Assembly: GCA_937959115.1 (NCBI GenBank)
Contig: CALGAW010000010.1
Location: 63,357-127,356, forward strand
DNA length: 64,000 bases
Direction: 5' to 3'
Origin: an uncultured Saprospiraceae bacterium
Lineage (GTDB): Bacteria; Bacteroidota; Bacteroidia; Chitinophagales; Saprospiraceae
Of this stretch, positions 7,524 through 17,279 are shown one piece after another. Both the position numbers and the translations under genes were made by a program. Within the stretch, counting starts at the first letter, position 1, and each line of letters starts with the position of its first letter. The notes beneath the pieces were generated by a model. It saw only the letters and a program-made list of their open reading frames with translations. It did no database searches and was not told the DNA's origin.

Positions 7524-10262
7524 CTAATCACAGCCATCAATAAAAGCATCAAGCACACTCCCCATCTTAGCATCAAAACCGGGCTTTAATTCAATCACCT
7601 GACCAGCATCAAAGTCAACCGTAGTGCCTGACTGTATCTGTCCATTGGAGATAATCAGCTGTCCAGTTTCAAAGTAACCAGATAGATCAGGATTGCTTAA
7701 AAACAAGTTAAACCCTTCACAGTCACAAGCTACCGTTGCTTTCGCACAAGGAGAGCTGCCAAACGGCGCAACATAGCGCACATAGTAGTCCGCATCCCCA
7801 TCAATCATAACCGAATTTGGGTTTGAGAGCGCGATTCCTCCACATTTCCCTTTATAATATTTAAGCACGCCCACCCCATGGCCATTTCCACCAATTCCAG
7901 ATAAGGAAACCGAAGTACCAGCGCATGCACCAGGATCGGAAATCACTAATTCAGTTGGCGCTTTAAGTAATTCTTCGAAAATCCAATGAGAATGTGCACC
8001 TCCATTGTAGGGCCAAATAATGATGTTTGCACCGTTGTTGGTACTTTCTCCACTTACATTTATGTATTTAGAAGGAACATGCTTGGGTGCCATTCGGAAG
8101 GCACCACCACCAACAGATTCCAGCTTAAACTGCTGGTTGGCTGCGGACAATCCTGTATATTGTACAATTGAGGCACCATTCGCCGTACTAGCACCGCTAA
8201 CATCCAATTGAAAATCATTGTAAACTGGACTGATCGTATAAAAGCCGGTAAGATTTTGCTCCACCTGGAATTTCATATTCCCTTGATTAGCATATTGCCA
8301 TTGTTCAATATTTCCTCCACTAGCGTTGGAAGATCCGTTTACAGACATATACTTATTGGAATGAACAGCTTTGATTTGGTACACTCCATCTGCGATTTGA
8401 ACGGTTGGTGTCACTGGCTCAAACAGCCATTTAAAGTTGTCGGTATCTTCATCAGGACGCTGTTTTACAATTGCTCCATTTGAGTTGGAAGCTGGATAGA
8501 TCGCCATAGTCTTATCACTATGTTTGGCAATGATCTTGAAGGAACCGTCTTCCATTGGCTGTAGCAGAAACCGTTGACTGTCGTCTCCATAATCTGAATA
8601 TTGCTTTAAATAGGCACCATTTGCAGTCGATTGTCCTGAAATGGACCAAGCTAACCCATTAAACTTTGGGCTGATCATATAGTCAAACCCTCTTTTCTTT
8701 ACTTCAAAAACAAAGTTATCTCCTCCATTATCTAACCACTGAACAATGTTCGTATTATTTGCTTGAGATAAGCCTGAAACTGCAATATGCTTCTGGCTTT
8801 GTTTGTTACGAATTTTATACATTCCATCTGCTAGTACAGTCTTAGGAGGATTGGCAACTACATTAATAACCAAGGTTGAAATTGTATTCGAAGGTGCATT
8901 ATAATTTAACGCTCCATTCGTACCTAACTTTGTATACGTATTGTGATTATTGTTTGCATTCGTCCTCACCACCGTAACTGGATCCCCTTCATAACAAAAC
9001 TGAGTCAAATCAAAGTCAAGCGTTTTTTGAGCACTTGTACGATTCACATGTACGATTACTAACTCTTTATTATCCGGACTAAGAGCAGCAACTGCTTTAT
9101 CATCACTCGTATAAATAATTTGATATCCTGGTTTTATAAACTTCGAAAAGTGTTTTCTTACATGATAGCTTTTCCTTTTTGTTAAGGATGTTCCATTTTG
9201 CGTAAGCGTATAAAACCCCCAAACAGAAGACGTGCTTGCTGCTTGCCAGTCAATCCAAGCATTGACATTGGCAATTCGTAAATCGGTAATGACTCGTTCT
9301 GCCATAAACAAATGGTTATCGAGCCCAGTAATTGGACCAATATACAATGGACCAGATTCTGACTGATACAATTTCAACCCTCTTTCTTGCACAAATCCTG
9401 ATATTCCGGCCTTGTGTTCTCCTTCGTAGCTATGTGTACTGATTTGCTTAATTTTGTCAAATATCCGATCTCCATATTGATATTGGTTAATGTCATCCCA
9501 AGTATGAGTGTAGCTAGTTTCATCTGGGCCACTAAGCCCACAATATCCAAGCATTCCCTTTGTCTGTAATTGGGTATAAACCTCTTCAATGATTGCCATT
9601 TGCTGATTTGCAAGGATACCACATCCTTCTTGGTTTCCACCAAACCCCCAATAGCCTGAGCTGGGTTCATTTGTAGGAGTGATGGTATTAAATGTGATTC
9701 CTAGATGATCATGATAATGTTTCACGATATCAGTAAGGAAATCTGCAAAATCATCTTCAAATCCTGATTTTAGATTGGGTGCAGCATTATGGTTTCCACT
9801 TGTACATCCACTTATTGTCATCCAATGAGGTGGGCTGTTGGATTGGGCGTCTAGAATCAGATTTGGATTTCGTTGTAACAGTTCCTGTAAAATCTTACGT
9901 TGGCTCGCATTCGCATTCCAATTATATCCGGATGAAGCACTTGACTTATACGAATCAATATCTCCAGAGTCCCATCTAAAGTGATTTGCTGTTGTTCCAC
10001 TATGCACTGCAGGGTTATCACCACCATGAATGTTATATCGAAAAATATTAAAATTCAGCTCATTAGGATCAGTCAAATCATCACAAATCTTGTCAATTTC
10101 AGATTGTGGGTAGTCACCGACCAGATTGGCCCACCAAGATAAAGAGGCACCCCATCCATCAAACTTCTGCATTCGGATGTTAGGATCTACGGTGATCGTT
10201 TGAGCAGAAATTGTGCAGCACCAAAAAACGATCACAGTTAATACAACTGACTTGTGATACAT
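7524..10262 (-). CDS. Secreted GH30-family glycoside hydrolase with three ricin-B (beta-trefoil, QxW) lectin repeats and a Cys-rich C-terminal domain
   Basis: A signal peptide is present. The GH30-like N-terminus reads 'QKFDGWGASLSWWAN'. QxW repeats follow ('IVQWLDNGGDN', 'IEQWQYANQGN', 'IVQYTGLSAANQQF', 'IIIWPYNGGAHSHW'). The C-terminus 'GFDAKMGSVLDAFIDGCD' is not a recognisable T9SS CTD. Confidence 0.75.
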   Translation of the reverse strand: MYHKSVVLTVIVFWCCTISAQTITVDPNIRMQKFDGWGASLSWWANLVGDYPQSEIDKICDDLTDPNELNFNIFRYNIHGGDNPAVHSGTTANHFRWDSGDIDSYKSSASSGYNWNANASQRKILQELLQRNPNLILDAQSNSPPHWMTISGCTSGNHNAAPNLKSGFEDDFADFLTDIVKHYHDHLGITFNTITPTNEPSSGYWGFGGNQEGCGILANQQMAIIEEVYTQLQTKGMLGYCGLSGPDETSYTHTWDDINQYQYGDRIFDKIKQISTHSYEGEHKAGISGFVQERGLKLYQSESGPLYIGPITGLDNHLFMAERVITDLRIANVNAWIDWQAASTSSVWGFYTLTQNGTSLTKRKSYHVRKHFSKFIKPGYQIIYTSDDKAVAALSPDNKELVIVHVNRTSAQKTLDFDLTQFCYEGDPVTVVRTNANNNHNTYTKLGTNGALNYNAPSNTISTLVINVVANPPKTVLADGMYKIRNKQSQKHIAVSGLSQANNTNIVQWLDNGGDNFVFEVKKRGFDYMISPKFNGLAWSISGQSTANGAYLKQYSDYGDDSQRFLLQPMEDGSFKIIAKHSDKTMAIYPASNSNGAIVKQRPDEDTDNFKWLFEPVTPTVQIADGVYQIKAVHSNKYMSVNGSSNASGGNIEQWQYANQGNMKFQVEQNLTGFYTISPVYNDFQLDVSGASTANGASIVQYTGLSAANQQFKLESVGGGAFRMAPKHVPSKYINVSGESTNNGANIIIWPYNGGAHSHWIFEELLKAPTELVISDPGACAGTSVSLSGIGGNGHGVGVLKYYKGKCGGIALSNPNSVMIDGDADYYVRYVAPFGSSPCAKATVACDCEGFNLFLSNPDLSGYFETGQLIISNGQIQSGTTVDFDAGQVIELKPGFDAKMGSVLDAFIDGCD

Positions 10263-10603
10263 AACTAGGGATTTAAGGATGATTTACACTAAATTTAACG
10301 ATGTTTCCAGACAATAAAAAATTTAAACGCTCCTAACACTAGGATTCCAACTACTTCAAATCTAAAGGAAAAAGAAGCGTTTTAAAAAGAAAATAATTGC
10401 ATTTTTTACACTCAAAGGAATCAGTAAACGATCTAACACAAACCTAATCAATCGATAAGAAGATTTAAACGCTTGCTTTTTTAATCATTCTTCTTTTCAT
10501 TTGGAAATCGAATAAAGTCTTTTAGATAGATTTGAACAACGACGAACGTGTCAAATTCTATTTTTTCACTCAAGTTGTTCTAGTAATTTCATATTTTCGC
10601 ACC

Positions 10604-11809
10604 ATGAAAATCGGAATCATTAGAGAAGAGAAGAATCCACCAGATTCAAGAGTACCCTTGACGCCTTCCCAGTGCGCCTACCTAATAGACAAATATAGTA
10701 TTGACATCTCTGTCCAATGCTCCTCGGGACGCTGTTATTCTGATGAAGAATATCAAGAAATGGGCATTCGACTGGTAGATGATGTTCAAGACAATGATAT
10801 CTTAATGGGTGTGAAGGAAGTTCCTATTGAGAAATTGATAGCGAATAAGATGTATTTTTTCTTCTCACACACCATCAAAAAACAAGCATACAATAGAAAA
10901 CTGCTCCAAGCAATTATCAAAAACAACATCTCACTAGTAGATTATGAGACACTCACCAACGAGAACGGTGCTCGGTTGATTGCTTTTGGACGGTTTGCTG
11001 GTATAGTAGGAGCACACAATGCTATTATGACCTACGGTTGGAGATCCAAGAAGTACGACCTCAAGAGAATGAAGGATTGTAAGGATTATGCTGAAGCGAA
11101 AGCACACTATCAACGCCTAGCGTTACCTCCTATTAAAATCGTGGTAACTGGAAATGGAAGAGTCGCTAATGGTGCAGCAGAAGTCCTTGATTTCATGAAC
11201 ATCAGAAAAGTGTCTCCTCAAGATTTCATATCTGAAACCTTCAACGAAGCAGTATACACTCAGTTAGCGCCTGAAGACTATGTAGCAAAGAAGGACAATA
11301 CGCCTTTTGAACTCAATCATTTCTTCGAAAACCCTGCTCAGTACAAGTCTATTTTTGAGCCATTCACCAAACAAGCAAACGTGTTGATTAATGGGATATA
11401 CTGGGACAATGCAGCTCCTGTGTTCTTTACTAAGCAGGACATGAAGCAATCTGATTTCAAGATTGAAGTGATTGGCGATGTTACTTGTGACATTGCACCT
11501 GTTTCTTCTATTCCTAGCACCTTGCACGCGAGTACGATTGCAGACCCCATATTTGGGTATGACGTCACCAAGGAGACCGTAACAGAGCCACACGGCGCTG
11601 GAACAGTCGATATGATGACGATTGACAACCTTCCCAATGAAATGCCAAGGGACGCCTCAGAAGCGTTTGGAGAGCAGTTTATCAACAATGTTTTGTCTGA
11701 ACTAATTAGTCCTACTGAAGGAGGAGTTTTGGAACGGGCCCGGATGACTAAAGACGGTAATCTGTGCACACGGTTTGAGTATTTGAGGGATTATCTAGAA
11801 GGAAGATAA
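10604..11809 (+). CDS. Saccharopine dehydrogenase-like / alanine dehydrogenase-PNT family NAD(P) oxidoreductase
   Basis: 'MKIGIIREEKNPPDSRVPLTP' is a typical AlaDH/PNT N-terminus. The track ORF starts at 10532, but the ATG at 10604 is the plausible start. Confidence 0.6.
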   Translation: MKIGIIREEKNPPDSRVPLTPSQCAYLIDKYSIDISVQCSSGRCYSDEEYQEMGIRLVDDVQDNDILMGVKEVPIEKLIANKMYFFFSHTIKKQAYNRKLLQAIIKNNISLVDYETLTNENGARLIAFGRFAGIVGAHNAIMTYGWRSKKYDLKRMKDCKDYAEAKAHYQRLALPPIKIVVTGNGRVANGAAEVLDFMNIRKVSPQDFISETFNEAVYTQLAPEDYVAKKDNTPFELNHFFENPAQYKSIFEPFTKQANVLINGIYWDNAAPVFFTKQDMKQSDFKIEVIGDVTCDIAPVSSIPSTLHASTIADPIFGYDVTKETVTEPHGAGTVDMMTIDNLPNEMPRDASEAFGEQFINNVLSELISPTEGGVLERARMTKDGNLCTRFEYLRDYLEGR

Positions 11810-11927
11810 GATTGAATAGAGCTATCTAATTGACAATAATCCAAATGGTAAGAACAAACCGCCATTTTTTTTGTTTAATAAATGTTGATTGTCAATAATA
11901 GTATAAGTAAATTGTAAAAAAAATCTT

Positions 11928-12455
11928 ATGATCGGTCAGGATATTTTAGAAATGGGAGAAGTAATGACAAGCACTGGTAATACCTTAGCAGAGTTATCAA
12001 AAGAAAGTGCGGTCATGCTAATATTTCTTAGGCATTTCGGTTGCACATTTTGTAGAGAAGCCCTTGCGGATATTTCTGAGAAACAAGGCAAACTGAGAGA
12101 AATGGGTGTTAAAATCGTCTATGTACACATGGCTACAAATGCTGAAGCAGATGAATATTTCCCAAAATTTAAACTAGAAAACGTTGTACATATTTCTGAT
12201 GAAGAATGTGAATTGTATGAACGATTTGGGCTAGTAAAAGGCAATTTCAAGCAGCTGTTTGGCTTAAATACATGGATAAGAGGTTTCGAGGCAGGTGTTG
12301 TTCGAAAGCTAGGCATTGGTAAAATCATTGGAGATGGGTTTCAAATGCCAGGCGTTTTTATCATTCGAGATGGTATTGTTCGTGAACAGTTTATCCATCA
12401 ATCCGTCTCAGATCGTCCTGATTATGAACAGATATCTCAATGCTGTATCGCTTAG
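11928..12455 (+). CDS. AhpC/TSA-family thioredoxin-like redox protein
   Basis: 'FLRHFGCTFCRE' is a CxxC motif in a thioredoxin-fold context. Confidence 0.6.
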   Translation: MIGQDILEMGEVMTSTGNTLAELSKESAVMLIFLRHFGCTFCREALADISEKQGKLREMGVKIVYVHMATNAEADEYFPKFKLENVVHISDEECELYERFGLVKGNFKQLFGLNTWIRGFEAGVVRKLGIGKIIGDGFQMPGVFIIRDGIVREQFIHQSVSDRPDYEQISQCCIA

Positions 12456-12494
12456 AGGTGGTAAGCGATCAAACTAATTACTAAGAACTCAAAC

Positions 12495-13592
12495 ATGATA
12501 GGATGGCAATTTAAAGAATATGTTCCTGATGAAGAAGAAGGTTCTATTTTTGAGCAACTACTCAAACTCTTTAAGGATATCCTCATCTACACAAGTGGTG
12601 ATGTCAATGAAGCACTTTCTTGGCTTAACCAAATAGATAACGAGCATAACATCACCAACGATGAGTACGGAATGGCAGACTTCATTCAAGACTTAATCGA
12701 CAAAGGATACATCGACAATCCCGATCCTCAGAACCCAGGTTTTAGACCAACCAAGAAAATAGAAATCGCGCTCCGTCAACAAGCCTTAGAGGATATTTTT
12801 GGATTGCTTAAAAAGTCAAAACGAGGCAATCATAATACTAACTTTACAGGTAACGGTGATGAAAACACCTCGGATAGGCGCCCTTATCAATTTGGTGATC
12901 GGTTAGACAACATTGCGATGTCTGATTCTCTCAAAAATGCTTATATCAATCACGGCCTAGACGAATTTAGACTTACGCAAGATGATTTGGAAGTACGGGA
13001 AACCTACTACCAAAGTCAAATGAGCACAGTCTTAATGATTGATATTTCTCATAGTATGATATTGTACGGCGAAGATCGGATTACGCCAGCAAAGAAAGTA
13101 GCAATGGCATTAGCTCAGCTAATCCAGACTAGGTATCCGAAAGACACGCTTGACATTTTGGTTTTTGGCAACGATGCTTGGCAAATTGAGGTAAAGGATC
13201 TCCCCTATTTACAAGTTGGGCCTTATCACACTAATACTGTTGCTGGCCTTGAGCTTGCAATGGATCTGCTACGCCGTCGTCGAAATCCTAACAAGCAGAT
13301 TTTTATGATTACAGATGGTAAACCTACTTGTATCAAGAAAGGTAAGAAGTATTATAAAAACAGTTGGGGACTAGATCGGCAAATCATTCGACGAACACTC
13401 AATCTTGCTACTCGATGTCGAAAAATTGATATCCCTATCACCACATTCATGATCGCAAAAGATCCATATCTAGTCGATTTTGTAGAGCAATTTACCCAAG
13501 CAAATAACGGTAAAGCCTTTTACAGTAGCCTCCAAGGTTTAGGAGAATTCATTTTTATGGATTATAAGAAAAACAAGAACAGACGGCGATAA
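12495..13592 (+). CDS. von Willebrand factor A (VWA) domain protein
   Basis: The MIDAS motif 'VLMIDISHS' and a later '…ITDGKPT' fit a VWA fold. Confidence 0.7.
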   Translation: MIGWQFKEYVPDEEEGSIFEQLLKLFKDILIYTSGDVNEALSWLNQIDNEHNITNDEYGMADFIQDLIDKGYIDNPDPQNPGFRPTKKIEIALRQQALEDIFGLLKKSKRGNHNTNFTGNGDENTSDRRPYQFGDRLDNIAMSDSLKNAYINHGLDEFRLTQDDLEVRETYYQSQMSTVLMIDISHSMILYGEDRITPAKKVAMALAQLIQTRYPKDTLDILVFGNDAWQIEVKDLPYLQVGPYHTNTVAGLELAMDLLRRRRNPNKQIFMITDGKPTCIKKGKKYYKNSWGLDRQIIRRTLNLATRCRKIDIPITTFMIAKDPYLVDFVEQFTQANNGKAFYSSLQGLGEFIFMDYKKNKNRRR

Positions 13593-13985
13593 TTATTAAT
13601 GTTTAGTATTAGAATGTCCTTAATCGTCTAGGTGCAACAGTTATCTATTTCAACTCCCCAGATCGACTTATTTACTTAATTTGAACGACAGACGTCGGAA
13701 GCGTTTTATAACTCAGCCTGCCTTTAGTCGTGTAGCAGGCAGGCCAATGGAGGAACCCTGTGGTAAGGAAAGCACAAACGCTGAACACTGGAAACGTTTT
13801 ATCAAGCTACAAGCATTATTATCTTTAAAGCCGTAAGGATTCTTAGATTATTGATTATGAGGTATGAATTCTTTTCTTTAAATTTAAGATATTATTCGAA
13901 TCCTCTAGAATAATAGAATGTATTCTACCAGAATATTTTCAGTAAAACTCCTCTGTTCAATCAAGATTATTAAACCAAATTGTCT

Positions 13986-16900
13986 ATGAAAACTAAACTA
14001 TTTTTCTTGACAGTAATGTGCTATTTAAGCACTTACTCAACAATATCTGCACAAGTGTGTGATTGTAACGTTTCACAAGTAAAAAACAACACTGTCCAAC
14101 CCTGCACAACCACAATTGGAACAGTGGTCAATGTTTCTACTGCAAGTCAATTCAGGCAAGCCATCAATCAAGCAAATGGCAGTGGTGGAAACATGACAAT
14201 ACTAATGGCAGATGGCGTGTACCAGGTCGCAAACCTTAGTTCTTACCCCTACATTACAGCAAGTAACATTGTGATCCGTAGCCAAAGTGGGAACAGAGAT
14301 GCCGTCATTCTAGAAGGAACTGGGATGTTAGATGTCGATCCAGCTACAGTGATCGGATTGAGCTTCCAAGGAAATAATAGCGTAGTTGCGGACTTGACCA
14401 TTCGTAATATGGGCAACCATGCTATTTCAGTTAATGGTGATGAATTGTATGTGCACAACGTCCGATTTGTAGACATCTATCAACAAATGATAAAAGGAAC
14501 AAGTTCGGGAGATGGATCTGATAATGGAAGAATTCAGTGTTCTTTGTTTGAATATACGGGAGGAATCGGCCCCAATTGGTACATTGGAGGAATTGATGTC
14601 CACAAAGGCGATGACTGGATTATCAGAGACAACGTGTTCAGAGATATAGCGTCTCCATCTATCTCAACAGCTGAACATGCAGTACACTTTTGGCGATCAG
14701 GGTCCAACATCACCGTTGAACGAAATGAAATTGTAAACTGTGACCGAGGCATTGGTTTTGGACTTGGAGATGGCCCAGCAAATGGACAAAATGGTGGCAT
14801 TATCCGAAACAACACTATTTATAACAATGGAAACGATCAATTCCACGATGTTGGTATTGGTTTAGAATCTTGTCCGAATACCAAAGTGTATAACAACACA
14901 ATTCACATTGAACATCAAAATGCAATTGAATATAGATGGACAACTACGACAAATGTTGATATTGCAAACAATCTTACGAATAAACCAATCACTTCTCGAA
15001 ATGGAGGAGCTGCAACTGTTTATTCAAATTATGTACAAGCAACTGCTAGCTGGTTTGTCAATCCCGCAATTGGCGATCTAAGGCTTTCTGGAAGCCCTGG
15101 TGCAGTGATAGACCAAGGAACAACACTAGCAGACGTAACGGTTGATTTAGACCAAACAGCACGCCCTAGTGGCGCAGGATATGACCTAGGAGCTTATGAG
15201 GTAGGCAACCAGCCACCTCCACCTTCAACTCCTAATTGTAACTGTACAGTGCAACAAGTAAAAACGAACACAGTACAACCCTGCAACTATACCATCGGCA
15301 CTGTAGTAAATGTTTCTAATGCTGCTCAGTTTAGACAAGCGATCAACCAAGCAAATAGTACTGGAGGAAACATGACGATCCTAATTGCTGATGGGGTGCA
15401 TCGAATTGCTGATGTCAATTCCTATCCTTATGTTACGGCAAGCAACATTGTCATTAGAAGTGCTAGCGGTAATAGAAATGCATGTATCTTAGAAGGCGAT
15501 GGCATGGTGGACAACAATCCAACCACTGTGAACGGGTTTTACTTTGTAGGCGACAACAATGTCGTCGCTGACTTGACCATTCGAAATGTAGGGAATCATG
15601 GCATTCAAACTGATGGTGACTACCTCTATGTCCATAATGTCAGATTTGTTGACCTATATGAGCAAATGATTAAGGGATCAAGTGGTGGCGATGGTTCTGA
15701 TAATGGTCAAGTGCAATGTTCTTTGTTTGAATATACGGCTGGAATTGGCCCGAATTGGTACATTGGAGGAATTGATGTCCATGAAGGAGATAACTGGCTT
15801 ATTCGCGACAATGTATTTAGAGATATTGCTTCTCCTTCCTTTGCAATCGCAGAACACGCTGTTCACTTCTGGCGGACAGGCTCAAACATTACGGTAGAAC
15901 GAAATGAAATTGTAAACTGTGATAGAGGGATTGGCTTTGGACTAGGAAACGATCCTGCAAATGGAATTGTTGGAGGAATTATTCGAAACAATACAATTTA
16001 CAATGAGGGTGTTGATCCTTTCAATGATGTAGGGATCGGTTTAGAGCATTGCCCAGATACAAAAATCTATAACAATACGGTCTTCGTACAAAGTTTCAGA
16101 GCGATCGAGTACCGATTTCCAGCGACAACGAATGTAGACATTGCAAACAACTTGACAAATAAGGTAATTGGACCTAGAGATGGCGGTACCGCAAATGTAT
16201 ATTCCAATAATCAACAAGCACAAGGAAGTTGGTTTGTCGATCTTGCAAATGGCGATTTAAGGCTTTCAGGAAGCCCTACAGCGGTTGTAGACCAAGGCGT
16301 AACACTAGCAGACGTAACGGTTGATTTAGATCAAACACCACGCCCCAATGGTGGCGGGTATGATTTGGGTGCACATGAGACAGGGCAAACAGCAGGACCA
16401 ACTGAAGTTGTATTAAAGGTAGAATTGGAAGGAGCGCTTTTTGCAAACAATCAGTATTTGTTTGAAATGCGAAATGATCTCTTTCTAGCTGGATTACTGC
16501 CTGGACAAGCCCCAGTCTCTCCTACTGTTCCTCCAACACCTCAAGGACATCCATATCAAGGACCACCTTGGAACTATAGCGGTACTGAAGGCGGAAACTG
16601 GACAGATACAGATTATTTATCTATTGCCAACCAGACAGGACAGCAACCAATAGACTGGATTCTGGTTAGTTTTAGAAGTGGCATAGCGAACTCAACAGAA
16701 ATTACTAGAGTAGCGGCTTTACTTTTACAGAATGGAACCGTTTATTTTCCTAGTAAAAGTGTATTTAATCAGCCTTTTTCCGTTCCTGTCTATATCGTAG
16801 TGGAGCATAGAAATCATTTAGCGGTGATGTCTGCTTCAGCAGTTCCTACAGTAAATGGTGTACTAACGCATGATTTCAGCTTAGGCAATAGTTACACGGG

Positions 16901-17144
16901 CGGTGGTTTTGGCCAAAAGGAAATCACCCCTGGCCGTTGGGTAATGTATGGTGGAGATGGTGATCAAGAAACAGATGGGCCTGGCTATGAAATTACTGGG
17001 AAAGACAGGATTCTTTGGAGTCAGGAAAATGGGAATTTTGCCTTGTATAACAATAGTGATTTTACAATGGATTTAGACATTACTGGATTCGATAAAGTCT
17101 TTTGGTCATTAAACAATGGTATTTTCTCCAATATTCAACGATAA
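13986..17144 (+). CDS. Secreted protein with two tandem right-handed parallel beta-helix (pectin-lyase-fold) domains plus a ~250-aa C-terminal module shared with the next gene
   Basis: A signal peptide is present. Residues ~25-410 and ~425-805 are ~65% identical repeats, each opening with 'C(D/N)C…VQPC…IGTVVNVS' and rich in 'NNTIYNNG'-type PbH1 turns. They are joined by the linker 'GNQPPPPSTP'. Confidence 0.75.
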   Translation: MKTKLFFLTVMCYLSTYSTISAQVCDCNVSQVKNNTVQPCTTTIGTVVNVSTASQFRQAINQANGSGGNMTILMADGVYQVANLSSYPYITASNIVIRSQSGNRDAVILEGTGMLDVDPATVIGLSFQGNNSVVADLTIRNMGNHAISVNGDELYVHNVRFVDIYQQMIKGTSSGDGSDNGRIQCSLFEYTGGIGPNWYIGGIDVHKGDDWIIRDNVFRDIASPSISTAEHAVHFWRSGSNITVERNEIVNCDRGIGFGLGDGPANGQNGGIIRNNTIYNNGNDQFHDVGIGLESCPNTKVYNNTIHIEHQNAIEYRWTTTTNVDIANNLTNKPITSRNGGAATVYSNYVQATASWFVNPAIGDLRLSGSPGAVIDQGTTLADVTVDLDQTARPSGAGYDLGAYEVGNQPPPPSTPNCNCTVQQVKTNTVQPCNYTIGTVVNVSNAAQFRQAINQANSTGGNMTILIADGVHRIADVNSYPYVTASNIVIRSASGNRNACILEGDGMVDNNPTTVNGFYFVGDNNVVADLTIRNVGNHGIQTDGDYLYVHNVRFVDLYEQMIKGSSGGDGSDNGQVQCSLFEYTAGIGPNWYIGGIDVHEGDNWLIRDNVFRDIASPSFAIAEHAVHFWRTGSNITVERNEIVNCDRGIGFGLGNDPANGIVGGIIRNNTIYNEGVDPFNDVGIGLEHCPDTKIYNNTVFVQSFRAIEYRFPATTNVDIANNLTNKVIGPRDGGTANVYSNNQQAQGSWFVDLANGDLRLSGSPTAVVDQGVTLADVTVDLDQTPRPNGGGYDLGAHETGQTAGPTEVVLKVELEGALFANNQYLFEMRNDLFLAGLLPGQAPVSPTVPPTPQGHPYQGPPWNYSGTEGGNWTDTDYLSIANQTGQQPIDWILVSFRSGIANSTEITRVAALLLQNGTVYFPSKSVFNQPFSVPVYIVVEHRNHLAVMSASAVPTVNGVLTHDFSLGNSYTGGGFGQKEITPGRWVMYGGDGDQETDGPGYEITGKDRILWSQENGNFALYNNSDFTMDLDITGFDKVFWSLNNGIFSNIQR

Positions 17145-17279
17145 TAGTTTTCATTAATAATGATAGACAATATTAAATTAACGACTAACTTTATGGACGA
17201 TTTCATTTTCAAAAGGGTTCAAAAACAATTAAACAATAATGAAATGAATTCCTGCTTGAACATTAATTTACAGACTATT

